Positions 12,390 through 23,420 of a stretch of DNA of 64,000 bases are shown here, in pieces. The notes beneath the pieces were generated by a model. That model did not search any database. It had not been told where the DNA came from and saw nothing but the letters and a program-made list of their open reading frames with translations. The DNA lies in assembly GCA_001179505.1 (NCBI GenBank), contig CDMY01000430.1, positions 13,884 through 77,883 of the forward strand, written 5' to 3'. Every line of letters begins with the position of its first letter. Positions within the stretch are counted from its first letter, which is position 1. Made by a program: the position numbers and the translations under genes. The stretch is from Vitrella brassicaformis CCMP3155 (taxonomy: Eukaryota > Protista > Chromerida).

Positions 12390-12600
12390 CCTTGCGCGTG
12401 AGCCGACAGAGGTCGGACTGCCGGTCGAGTGGGGCCGGAAGGGGAGCGCGGAAGGACGGGTCGACAAGGCCGATGCCGCCGTGGCGCACGGGGCGAAGGA
12501 GCAGCCGCTTCATGTCGTCAGAGAGGGGCTGTGGTGTGCCGACGAGTGCGGGCAGGAACGTCGTCAGCTGAGTGAATTCTAGCCTACTGATACGTGTCCT
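12390..12600 (-). mobile_element. Short fragment of a CRE-like non-LTR retrotransposon (post-RT region)
   Basis: Minus strand reads LEFTQLTTFLPALVGTPQPLSDDMKRLLLRPVRHGGIGLVDP. This matches the FLPAL...LPVRxGGLGL.DP motif that follows RT in RLE-type non-LTR elements; compare QLPIRLEGFGL in the element at 23421-24935. Confidence 0.5.
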
Positions 12601-12698
12601 CAGCTACCGCACTGGTCAACCCCCGGCCAGGTGTGCAGTGACATCAACGCTGACGACATGCGGCAGGGAGGCCTGCGAGTGGGTTCAAGAGAGCAGGG

Positions 12699-14072
12699 AT
12701 GGACAAAGAGGTCGGCAATTCATTGGGCATTGCCAAGGACGAGGATGTGACGTTGGATCTCCTCGACAAGCATAACTGGAAGGACACCGTGGGACTTGCT
12801 CACTGGCAGACTGACGACCTAGAGGACTCAGAGGACGAGCCCGTGCACGCACCCGCGCCCAGTGGCAACGGCCGCAGCGAGGAACCTGACGGCGAGAGTG
12901 ATGGAGAGGGCAAGGAGGAGCCAGAGGCGTCGCGTGCCCGCATCGAGAACGCACTCATTCGCAGCAATGAGGGAAAGAAAAAGGCCATAACAATCGAGGT
13001 GCCGGGCGAGGGGCCGTGTGTGCTGTCCAAGGTTTTGTCGGTTCATGCAATCAGGCGGCTTATCGGCCGACCGATCACTTCGGGTCAGCCAAAGCTAGAC
13101 CAGTGTGGGGCGCGTAGGTCACGGTGGTTTGGTGTGTGTAGGTGAGAGGAGTCGGGCGCAAGTGTCTGGACGTGTTGCTGCCGCGGAAAGGAGAGAAGAT
13201 TGTGAGGATTGGGGGCTTCTACGTATGTCTCTTCAATGAGCAGGACCCACACACGCGACTATGCGTATCAATGGTGTGTAATCACAATACGGATACGCAA
13301 GGGTCGCGGTCGGCCGACGGGTGTGTGTTTGGCTGCTCCTGTGTGCGTTGTGATGTGCAGGTACATCTGTCGTGTGGTGGGTGCTTGTGTGGGTGCCTCC
13401 CGGCCCCACACCAATGTACCAACCAATCTCCCTCATGTACGACAACAAAAACGCCGAGCTCGACATCGAATTCTTCGCCCCTGTCCATCCAGAGGACGAT
13501 TCCATGGACACCGACAGCCCTGTGATGTGCATGCTCACCCCGCCGAGGACAGCTGGTGTGCGCCAGCCAACATCGTGCATCATCCACGCAGTGGCTGAGG
13601 CTGACTTCTCGGCGAAGAGGGGTCACGAGGGGGTGCATTCAAGCTTGCAAGGCCAGCATATCACCGCACAAAGACGGTGGTGGCTGACAAGATCAAGGAG
13701 CTGGAGGAGCAGATGGAGAAGGAGGCAGCAACTCGTCGTGCTCAGCAGCCAGCCATGCCGCCCGTGGGGCCTGGGGAGGGCAAACGAGAGGTGAGACGGA
13801 GGCTCGATGACGCCTACGCCGAGTGGTCAGACGTGGATGAGGAAAACAGCGATGTTGCTGAGCCTCCACCGGCTCTGTGGGGGCGAGGGCGGGGCAGGGG
13901 CGGGCGGGGAGGGAGGGGGAGGGGAGGGAGGGGCAGGGGCGGGGCAAATGCTGGCCGAGGCAAGGCCAAAGCAAAGGGGGGAGTCAAGAGGCCACCCAGG
14001 GAGTCTCGAGATGAAGACGATGACTTCGTGCAGCAGATAAAGAAGCCGCACGCTGGCAGGAAGAGGGGATGA
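12699..14072 (+). other. Probable degenerate or spliced coding region of unknown function, with acidic segments and an RGG-rich C-terminus; possibly transposon-derived
   Basis: Coding-like ORF pieces (DDLEDSEDEP..., KIKELEEQMEKEAA..., GRGRGRGGRGGRGRGG) in different frames; no family recognised. Confidence 0.3.
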
Positions 14073-15121
14073 GAGGGGGGGTGGTTGGGTGGATGTGTTG
14101 ATAATGAGAGGGCGGGTGGTTGGGTGGATGTTTTGATATCGCTGCCAGTGGTTGACTCATCTTTGAGACAGACACATAGGTCTTGTGCATAGCAAGTAAG
14201 CTTTGTTGTGTATATATACCAGCAGAGTCACTGAAGCGCATCAAAATCACACATTTCAGACACACACGCAGCCGAAATCACAGCAGCAGACGAGAAATCA
14301 GTGCAAATCACGATTTGGCTGGAATCCATTACCAACGCCAATAGATTTCTGATTCCCTGATTCCAGGTGCTGCACAATAGAAATCAGCGCTGATTTCTAT
14401 ATGATCCCTGTGTGATTCCGGATGCAGAGTGAGTACCCGTGACTTTTTGGGTCAAAGATCTGTCTTTTTGGATGGATAATCTGTCTATTTGCAATAGAGA
14501 GTCATCTTTCTGGTCAAAAAGCCATTTTTTTGGTGGAGAAAGTCACCTTCTGCCCCAGATCGGCAGCTCGCAGGTCAAAAAAGCGAGCTTCGACGGGGAC
14601 TTTTTGCCCAGACCCTTCCTGTGTAGTCGACAGCTGGAACACGGCGAAACCCCTTCGCCGCTTTGTCGAGAGGGCCGCGCAACAAGCGCGTTCACGGAAA
14701 ACTGAGGAAAACTGAGACCAGAAAACTGAGGGCATGCATTCGAAAAGTGTCTCCGCTGCTGCATCCTTGATGTGTCGTTTCTGCAGTACAATAAAGGGCC
14801 TTCAAATCAAGACCAGCAGTGTAGTCGTGGACGGAAGATTCACAAAGTCTCGCGTGGTCGCGATGGGAACCTCGATGTGGCTCGATAGGGTAAGGGACGT
14901 TTCAGACGGAGCCACACATGTGGATGTCCGCTTTCCAGATCAAGACCTGTGTCGTGACGTGCTTCTGACCGGGTCACATGTCTCTTGATATAGCAAGTCT
15001 TTGCCGCACTGACGAAAAGACAGAGGTATGCAAATCTGTTCACTCGATAGTCTGCGCCCATTTGAGGGAACAGACCCTTTGCCGCACAAACACTTCAAGC
15101 TTCGTAAACACCTTAGCAACC

Positions 15122-16782
15122 TTAACACTTGGCCCAGCGTCTGTCACCGGCCGCTCCTTTTACTCGATCCCACCATTGACCACCCCACCTACAGCGAAGC
15201 TGATGCACTGATTTCGTGGTCTGAGGCCAGATGGTATAAGCCGGGGACCATAGCTTGCTTTTGACACGTTCTTCGCTCCACATTGAGGGTTGGAAGAGCC
15301 TGATGAACGATTCCTTGTACTTGTCGAGACCGTAAATGACATAGGCAATAGCCAAGTGTTCGACAAGGCGGTCCATATTAAAGCCGCCCTGGTTGGAGAA
15401 TGGCCACTTCTTGCCATGTGATAGCCCGTGGGGGATCAAAAAGTCGATGGCTTTCTTAATGCTGCCCCCGCTCTTTGCAACGTAGTGGTAGTTGTCAACC
15501 TCAACATTGGCGGCGACCCGTGCGAGAAGCAGCTGCGCATTGAGGCCAAACAAGGAATAGAACCACGACGTTGCTCGCTTTACTTCATGCTTTTGCACGC
15601 CTGTGTGGTCGATCTGCACGCCTATCCTCTTTTCCAGGGCCATCCTTGCCTTTCGGTTTGCCAGGTCCGTCTCCTTGAGGAAGAGCGCGGTTGAGATGTA
15701 CTGGACGTCATAGAGCAGGCCGTGGTTATTGTTGCGCGCAGATTCTTTTTTGCCATGGTTGCTATTTGTTTGCCAGTCGATGTATTCCTCGAACCACGCT
15801 TGCATCCCGTTTTCGTCCTGCTCAGTCCAATGCTTGGAGTTCTTGATGAGGGCGATGCCATCAAAGAGTTGATAGGAGACAGACATGTCGACAACTCCCT
15901 GTCTACGACCACGGGGGTGCCCCCTTACAATCTGGGCATACTCCAGATGCGGGTTCATGCGCGTGTCGTCGTCGAGGAACCAGACCCGTATCTTTTCCAC
16001 GGCATCTTTGGCATATCTTTCGTCCTCTAGGAAGTAGTATCCCAGCCCAAGCCTCTCCACACTCAAGAACAAGTCACGCAGGTTTTTGTAATCCGGTACA
16101 GAGTGGATCTCCGGGTTCGTTTTCCCATCGATATTAATATAGGGAAGGCCGGATGGATTTTCCTTTGTGACGTTGGGCCACCAGTAACGCGCCAAACTCA
16201 TGTAGTCATGCTTGTCCCTACTAGGGGGCCGGTCGCTCTTGTCAAGCACTGAGACAGGCTCCTTCTGAAGAATGTGTTCGCATTCGTCGTATAATGATTT
16301 GAGAGAAGCTGCTAAGTCTCTTTGGCATATCTTTCGTCCTCTAGGAAGTAGTATCCCAGCCCAAGCCTCTCCACACTCAAGAACAAGTCACGCAGGTTTT
16401 TGTAATCCGGTACAGAGTGGATCTCCGGGTTCGTTTTCCCATCGATATTAATATAGGGAAGGCCGGATGGATTTTCCTTTGTGACGTTGGGCCACCAGTA
16501 ACGCGCCAAACTCATGTAGTCATGCTTGTCCCTACTAGGGGGCCGGTCGCTCTTGTCAAGCACTGAGACAGGCTCCTTCTGAAGAATGTGTTCGCATTCG
16601 TCGTATAATGATTTGAGAGAAGCTGCTAAGTCTTTGTCGCCGTCGATGATCATCTGCTTGCTGATCTGCAGCTGCGTGGCGTTGAGTACGGTAAGGCCAG
16701 AAATGGACACAGCAGAGGGCGGCATGGAAGCAACAAGGCGGCAAAGCAGGCTTGTTAACGCAAGCGCGCCTTTCCTTCCCAT
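15122..16782 (-). pseudogene. Secreted alginate/glucuronan lyase (PF05426, PL38-like), intronless, frameshifted by a 314-bp internal tandem duplication in this assembly
   Basis: Motifs DKHDYMSLARYWWP, GLPYINIDGKTNPE, WFLDDDTRMNPHLEYAQ, NNHGLLYDVQ, RATSWFYSLF; hydrophobic N-terminus MGRKGALALTSLLCRLVAS. 16006-16319 is repeated as 16320-16633; removing one copy gives one continuous ORF. Confidence 0.85.
16006..16633. repeat. 314-bp direct tandem duplication inside the lyase gene
   Basis: ctttggcatatctttcg...gctgctaagtct occurs at 16006-16319 and 16320-16633; the same peptide appears in ORFs 15122..16249 and 16312..16782. Confidence 0.95.
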
Positions 16783-17040
16783 CTTTGGGTATCCTCGGGT
16801 GAAGAACAGGATGATGAAGAAACGCAGATAGCAAGGGTTTTTTTTTCACACCCGGGGAGTTCCAACGGCCCTGCCGAAACCTTTTGCCCTAGGCCCCAGA
16901 CGACGGCTGCAGAGCCCATAAACACCCATATTTTCACCTGCATGCGTGCCTCCTAACAGCGGATTCTGTGTCTGGGTGTTCGATTCCGGTGTGTGTAACG
17001 GAGAGGTTGCGCAGGTTCCACTGTGAAAGATGAAAAGAGA

Positions 17041-18145
17041 ATGGTTCTGCGAAGAGCAGCAATGGTGGCTGTGCTGCTCTGCGTCCACACCTTTGGCGGT
17101 CATTTCACGACCACCAATTACCGCCAATTGAAATGACCGCCAATCACATACGCAGACCGCAACGCTAACGCATTTGTCCGAGACCATCTTCCACGTGGTC
17201 ACGACACAGGTCAGCTGCGACACAGCTGAAGAGTCAACTGACCAAAGATGGCACATGCGGGCGACCTTCGTCACGTCCGCGATTGGAACATGACCGTGAG
17301 GCACATGATATTTCAAGGAGAAGCTGAGGGGAAGCAGATGTTCCCGCTGCGTTTGAGGACATGCTCGATACAGGAAGCCAGGTGTGCATACTCACACAGA
17401 CACCCAGGAAAGGGGCGGGGCCACCCCCCGAATCTGTCAAACCCGACAAGAATGCACCTGGTTGCGACTTCGACTTCTCTGCAGTCGTCATCGTCGCCGC
17501 AAGCAAGTATCGCGCGACCGTCGCAACAATCAGAGCACGAGGAGTTGAGTATGACTTGGATTTCGATAGCCATGGTCGTCCAATGGAGGCACGTCTGGTG
17601 CATTCATACGACACAGGCATCTATGCTAGGGCCAAAGGCAGCTACAGACGAATGCCCAACAGCAATGGTGTGTATTGTCTGGGGTTAACCCGTGACGAGT
17701 TCTTCAACTTCTTCACCAATCCATTCTACATCGAAACAACGAGCGATGGGAAAGAGCTGATAAGGATGGATTGGGACCTGAAGAGTGGAGGCTATAGCTC
17801 ATATCGTGGTACGGATCGCGCGGTCAACCGCCCCTGGACTGGGATGCCGGCATGGCCGCCTACGGTCCCCTGGATGCTGACGTCGGCAACAAAGCGACAA
17901 TTCTGAGGTTGCACTTTCCGTGGAACGGGGACACTCGCACACAGAAGTGGTGGGTTGTCACAGGTCAAAGTGACGATTCGCCGACCGAAGTGCATGCCGA
18001 AGTCGAGAAAAAGCAATTCGAGCACTGGGTGGACATCCCAGAGGGAGCCGAGAATTGCAAGTATTTCCATGCGGTGGCGTTTGATGATCAAGATGAGGAA
18101 ATGAATCGGTCGCAAGTGGTGGCCACGTCAGCCTCTTTGCCCTAG
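17041..18145 (+). pseudogene. Arylsulfotransferase (ASST, PF14269-like) C-terminal half, frameshifted near 17870 and lacking most of the N-terminal part
   Basis: ARGVEYDLD..EARLVHSY, GSYRRMPNSNGVYCLG, SSYRG..PWTGMP, then in the next frame FPWNGDTRTQKWWVVTG, KKQFEH, AVAFDDQDEEMNRSQVV. This parallels the ASST consensus SWNGATEV..W.V..G / K.GFET / ALD..G..L..S.VV. A signal-peptide-like MVLRRAAMVAVLLCVHTFGG at 17041 is followed by a stop. Confidence 0.6.
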
Positions 18146-19530
18146 ACGTTCTCGCGTCCTTCGGCGGAGAGGCACCTGAAAGACTACGTTTGCGAGTCCA
18201 CTAGACTTCACCCGGCAAACGCTAGAAATGCACTGAGACATTGAACTTCCCCTTTTCGATGCTGATATCTGGCGGTGTCTCACTCTTGAGCCAGCCGTTC
18301 GGCCTTGCACAAAGTGTTTGAGGCTTGGGCGAACTTCCCCTTTGTGTTCACTTCAAATCCTTAGAAAAAGGGGCAAATAGTGAGTGTATGAGTGATGTAA
18401 CAGAGGGGCATCTGCAACTCAAAACAGTGTATCTGAGCTGTCAGTCAAATATTTACACTCGCTGGCATACAGAGTGTGTCAATGAAATTCTTGTGTTCTA
18501 GAAGAACTCACTCCAAACCACCTCTTCATAATAAGCAGACTTACAGCAAGCTGCGGGGATGGGGTTAGCAGACGGGTCTTAGCAGACCGGCGGTGTCTAC
18601 GCATGATGATGCTTGATGGAACTTGCGGGTTTTCGTTTTTACATTTCTCTCTGAGGTGCATGCGCATGACTACTTGATGCTGTGTGGAATTCCAGACATC
18701 ATCTTTTCATGCGAGACCTCGCTTCCGTCACTGAACCTCCACCGCCCTCTAGTTCCCTGTTTGGTCGTAAGTGGACTTCTGGAATGAGTCGGACTTTTGC
18801 CGAGAGCGTGTGATTGGCTGCACGAAGACCTTCTTCTTTCGTGATCGATCGCACAAACGTTCAAGCCGTTGATTTGCACGCAAAGCCACTCATTCATGTC
18901 GCGTCTGACTCACTGCAAGAGCATCCCTTTGTCAACATCATTCATGCAGTCAGCCGGCTACTCTCCTTCCTCTACACATGTCTGCCCACTACTTTATTGT
19001 ACAGCGACACACACTGCGAACCACACAATGCCATGCACAGAGACAACGAGTCATCATCTGCTGCACCGGCACCTGGCTGAGCCGCATCTTCCTCGTCCCA
19101 CTGCTCACAACTGGCTCTCTCTTGAAACGTGCAAATATCAGTGTGAGCACACACACACAGGCACGGACCCAGAGCTGCGGGGCAGCCGTAGTAGCGCGGT
19201 CACGTCCATGTGCGCACACACTCCTCTGCCTATCTGGGTGCCTCCGGGTGGGATGCATGCTTACCTGATGCTTACTCATACGGGGATGGATTCATGATGA
19301 CTTGTCGTGCTATGGCAGACATAATATGTTACTTTCGGTATTTGCGCACGTGCTGATTGCCCCACTCACCAACCGTTGACATACGTGCAGAGCGGCACCA
19401 ACTTGCGAATGAGTCCTCCCCCACCTCAAAAGCGAAGTAGGCTCATAAAGTAATTACAATAATAATCCTTCCACGTATTACTATTTTTTTGTCACAGACC
19501 ATACGCTCTTGGTCGTCGGAGTTGGACGAA

Positions 19531-22211
19531 ATGAAAGATTGCAGTCTTGCACAGCTCTTCTGGTCTTGTTTCGTGATTGCTTACGCCGTGGCCGTCAACA
19601 GCACCATCGTAACCTCTGCCGCGTCTGATGGAGCGTTGCCACTCCAAGTGAACGTGTTTGTGGACGACAGTGGTGCGCTCAAATATGCAGTGCTCGCCGG
19701 CGATCACCAGATCATCAATCCGTCCTCCCTTGGGCTTTTATTGGCTGGAGACGCTAATCTGGGAGAGGACGTGGAGATTGTGGCAGAAACGGACCCGAAG
19801 GAGGTACAGAAGACTTATCGAAAAATGGGCACTCATCCAGTCGCTCACAGCCATTACGGTAAGCCGTAGACATGACATTCGTGGGTTCAAAATGATTGCG
19901 CAGCGTGCAGTGGAGGTGACCTACACCGTCCATCATATACCTAGCGTACGATGAAAGAAGCGCCTCAGGACACTGCTATGAGATTTTTACTGGTTGTTTC
20001 AGGGCTTGCGGTATTACATCGACTTCAGAAGATTTCTGGATGAGTCAACTGGCATTGCATTTCGCTATCGGATACAGCAAACGCCCAAGGAGCCCTTATC
20101 AACAACGACGGGTCCATTTCTCATGAAGGAAGGCATGAGCGAGTCCATGATCATCAAGGCAGATATGTCGGAGTTTCTCGTCAACTTCACGGAAGCAGAT
20201 CGGGCATGGTACTTCGAAAGAGCCGACGGAATGCTATATGACGAGATGATGACATCCACCGGCGAATGGAGAAAGACAGGCCCCCAAAACTTGCGGACCC
20301 GGCAGCGAGGCAACAAGAATCGTTATGGACTACCTCTCCTCATTGAGGATTCAACCTGGAGCGTTCCCTATCCATACCGGATGATTGCAGAGGCTGCTCT
20401 ATTTGATTCCGACGGCTTTCACCTCGTGGCACTTCCCGATGGCGATAGAGCGGGGTTCCGAGCAGAGTTCGCACACAGCTATTGGAGGCGGATTCCATCG
20501 CTGCGGATGCGAATGCCTTTGACCACCTCCTGGCGCGTCATTCTCTTGGCGAAGAACCTCAACCACCTCATCAACAGTGATCTGATCACTCATCTGTCTC
20601 CATCCCCTGAAGAACGTAATCCGGGACTCTTCAATTTCAAAAATGCCACTGATGGCCCGCCGGACTTTCCCGACTACATCAAGCCTGGCAGGTAACGGAA
20701 ATGGACACACACAATGGACAAAACGGATTTGATGTGTCGCGATTCGTCTTTGGACAGATCTGTGGTAAGCCACATTGAATGCAGTACGCAAAAGACACTC
20801 TGCACTTGCTGAACCGCTTTGGCCTCTGCAGTGGAACTGGTACATGGACCGGGAGGTTTCAAGGATAACAGCCGAGGAAGAGATGGAATACATCGAGGCT
20901 GCAGACAAGATGGGCTTTGAGTATGCGACTATTGACAACGGGTGGCAGAGGTGGAAACCTAGATCTACTATCAATCGGGTCGCAGCCTTTGCGCGACAGA
21001 ATGGGATGGGCATCTTGGTCTGGAAATACAGAAAAGCTATTGATGACGCTCGTAACGATTATGAGAGCCTTCGAACCTTTCTTGACTACGTGAAGGAGAC
21101 CGGGGCAGCCGGTGTGAAGTTCGATTTCTTCGTTTCCGAATTGCGGGAGACCGTTGAATTTGAGGAGCTGGTGATGCGTGAGGCTGCTAAACGAGAGCTC
21201 CTTGTCAACCTACATGGCGTTCAAAAACCGACAGGGTACTGTACATTCATTGCACGGATCATTGCCAGAAACCTTCTGTATGTATATCGAAAAACAGTGA
21301 GACGCGGACATACCCGAATCAAATAACCCGGGAAGCAATCTTGGTGAGCGCCGCTCACCAACTACTTATATCCGTCGCTGACCATGTACTTGTATGTATC
21401 AACCAGGGAATGGAGATTAACAAGATATCACCGAATAAGATCCCACCGTGGCACAGTGCCGCACTGACGTTCACCAGGTACAAGGCACTACCTCTATCAT
21501 TCACTTCAAGAACCTTCTCTATTGTCTCCTCACACACGCGGACAGGTTCCCGTTGGGTCCAGCGGACGTAAGATTCTGGTCATCGTCGCAGAATATGTCG
21601 GAGAGTATGTCCTTTCGACTTGTGCCTTGCTGTGTAGTATACACCAGTGGTCATACAGAACAGTACTCGGAGAGGACCAACAACCCAGGTACCACCGGGC
21701 CTGCAAAGTACACCTGCACTCATTGTTTGCTGCTTGGTTTCGCTTCGGACAGGTTCACCAAGTGGCGCTTCTTGTGACATTTACATCGCCTCTTCAAACC
21801 ATTGCAGAGAGCCCCACGTTCCTTCTGAGACAGAAGTATAATGACATCGTGAGAGACATTCCCACTGTTTGGGACGAGACGAGAGCGGTACCCCCGAGCG
21901 TGATTGGCAGCTTGACCGTGCTGGCGAGGCGGAAGGACGACACCTGGTTCTTAGGCATTGTCAGCGGACGCATGGAGACACGCACTATTCGATCAATACC
22001 CCTAGGCTTCCTCGACAGGAGTAAAAGCTACACTGCGACGTTTCTGTTCACTAAGACCCTCCGCGGGGAGACGGAGGAGGACGTGGCAGTCAACAAGGTG
22101 GCCAGATTCCGATACAAGAGACTTACCAACGTCAGACTGTGGGGCGAAAGGACCAAAGGTGACGGCCTGGTCACCATTTTTAAGCCGACGGATGCCAGAG
22201 ACATTTCTTGA
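19531..22211 (+). CDS. Glycoside hydrolase family 97 (retaining type, alpha-galactosidase/alpha-glucosidase-like), secreted, 10 exons
   Basis: Exons 19531-19858, 19911-19945, 20003-20691, 20758-20764, 20832-21235, 21298-21343, 21407-21477, 21546-21567, 21638-21688 and 21753-22211 join in frame. Motifs: IKPGRSVWNW, IDNGW, GVKFDFF, LLVNLHG..KPTGETRTYPNQITREAILGME, FTRFPLGPADYTP, HQVALLVTFTSPLQ, IPTVWDET, LARRKDDTWFLG. Signal-peptide-like N-terminus. Confidence 0.92.
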
Positions 22212-23420
22212 GGGGAAGTCATTAATGAAGGTCGGTCATTGCCATCTGAGAGTTCCTCAAGGCTCAGTCTGAAGCATGTGGGCATTCGCAGCTTGTGGGC
22301 CCTCCTGGACCTTCGTGGAGTCTGGAATTCCTGGAGCTTCTAGTTACGGCGCCAGGCCGACACGCCAATTATGTCCTTTCTCTCTTCTCTCTCAACCCTT
22401 ACTCGTCACCCCACCCTAAGGAACGGAGCCACAGACAAAGCCATGCAGCACAGGAAAACGGAGACCGAGAGACAAACCAGCCATTGGGAGAGCGGTGCCA
22501 CATATGCGAAGTATGCGAACTAGTCCAGAGAAGAGAACACGCAATATCATAGGAATCAAACGGGGGAATCCGTAACAGAGGTGCGTGGCGAGAGGCAAGC
22601 TAGGGCGGCTCGTTTGTGGTGTGGACGTGTGTGGGCGGCGGAGCATGAAGTTTGGGCACGGGCGGGGGGTTTGTGTAGGGGTGGGGGTGAGGGTGAGGTG
22701 GTGAAGTCTCCACCTGCACATATGACGGAGAAAATCTTTTGCCTCCTCTGCCTTTCACTTCGCTTGCAGTCCCTCGTCACACTCCTCTCTGCCCCTACCT
22801 TTAGATTCCGGGACAGTTCGACCTTTTGGAGGCAGGCAAAAAGACACTGCAAGCCCGATGACGTCCGGCCTTTCCACAAAACCTGTAAGTGGGTCACGTG
22901 CACATGTATTTGCATGCACCGCATAAACGGATCAGTTGCGTATGTGAATCAGCTGGGCTAATCACTCTGTACAGGAAGTATCGCCTAAAGCAATCAGTAC
23001 AGGGCTGATTTCGGCTTTTAAACGTTTGATTGCTTTATATGCACAAGCAAGTGACTGCTTTATCTTCTGCTTGTGGATGACTCGCCAGAGTCACCCTCCA
23101 TCACAGTGACTCCTTTTTCCCCGCTCAAAACGACTCTGAAACGACGAAAAATAATCCATTCACTCACTCACGGGTGCGAGTGGTTGCGAGGCTGTTGGGT
23201 ATCTCGAGTGTCCGATTCACCCTCCACCAGTGCAACCTGAGCTAGTTCGCATGAATGGGCGACGAAGTTCGTCTAAGCATCAGTCGTATCAAGCAAGGAA
23301 CGAGAACAATACATGCAAAAAACAATGGACAGACACTCATTGACTGCGAAAACATGTCGCAGACTGCAAACAAGCGCGAGACATGCAACACGACACACAT
23401 ATTCAGGAAATCCAGGCACC

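Noticed and set aside
12200-13145. hAT transposase dimerisation domain on the plus strand
   Set aside because: The SSxxCERxWS/FS motif is absent; part of the region is better explained by the minus-strand CRE-like fragment.
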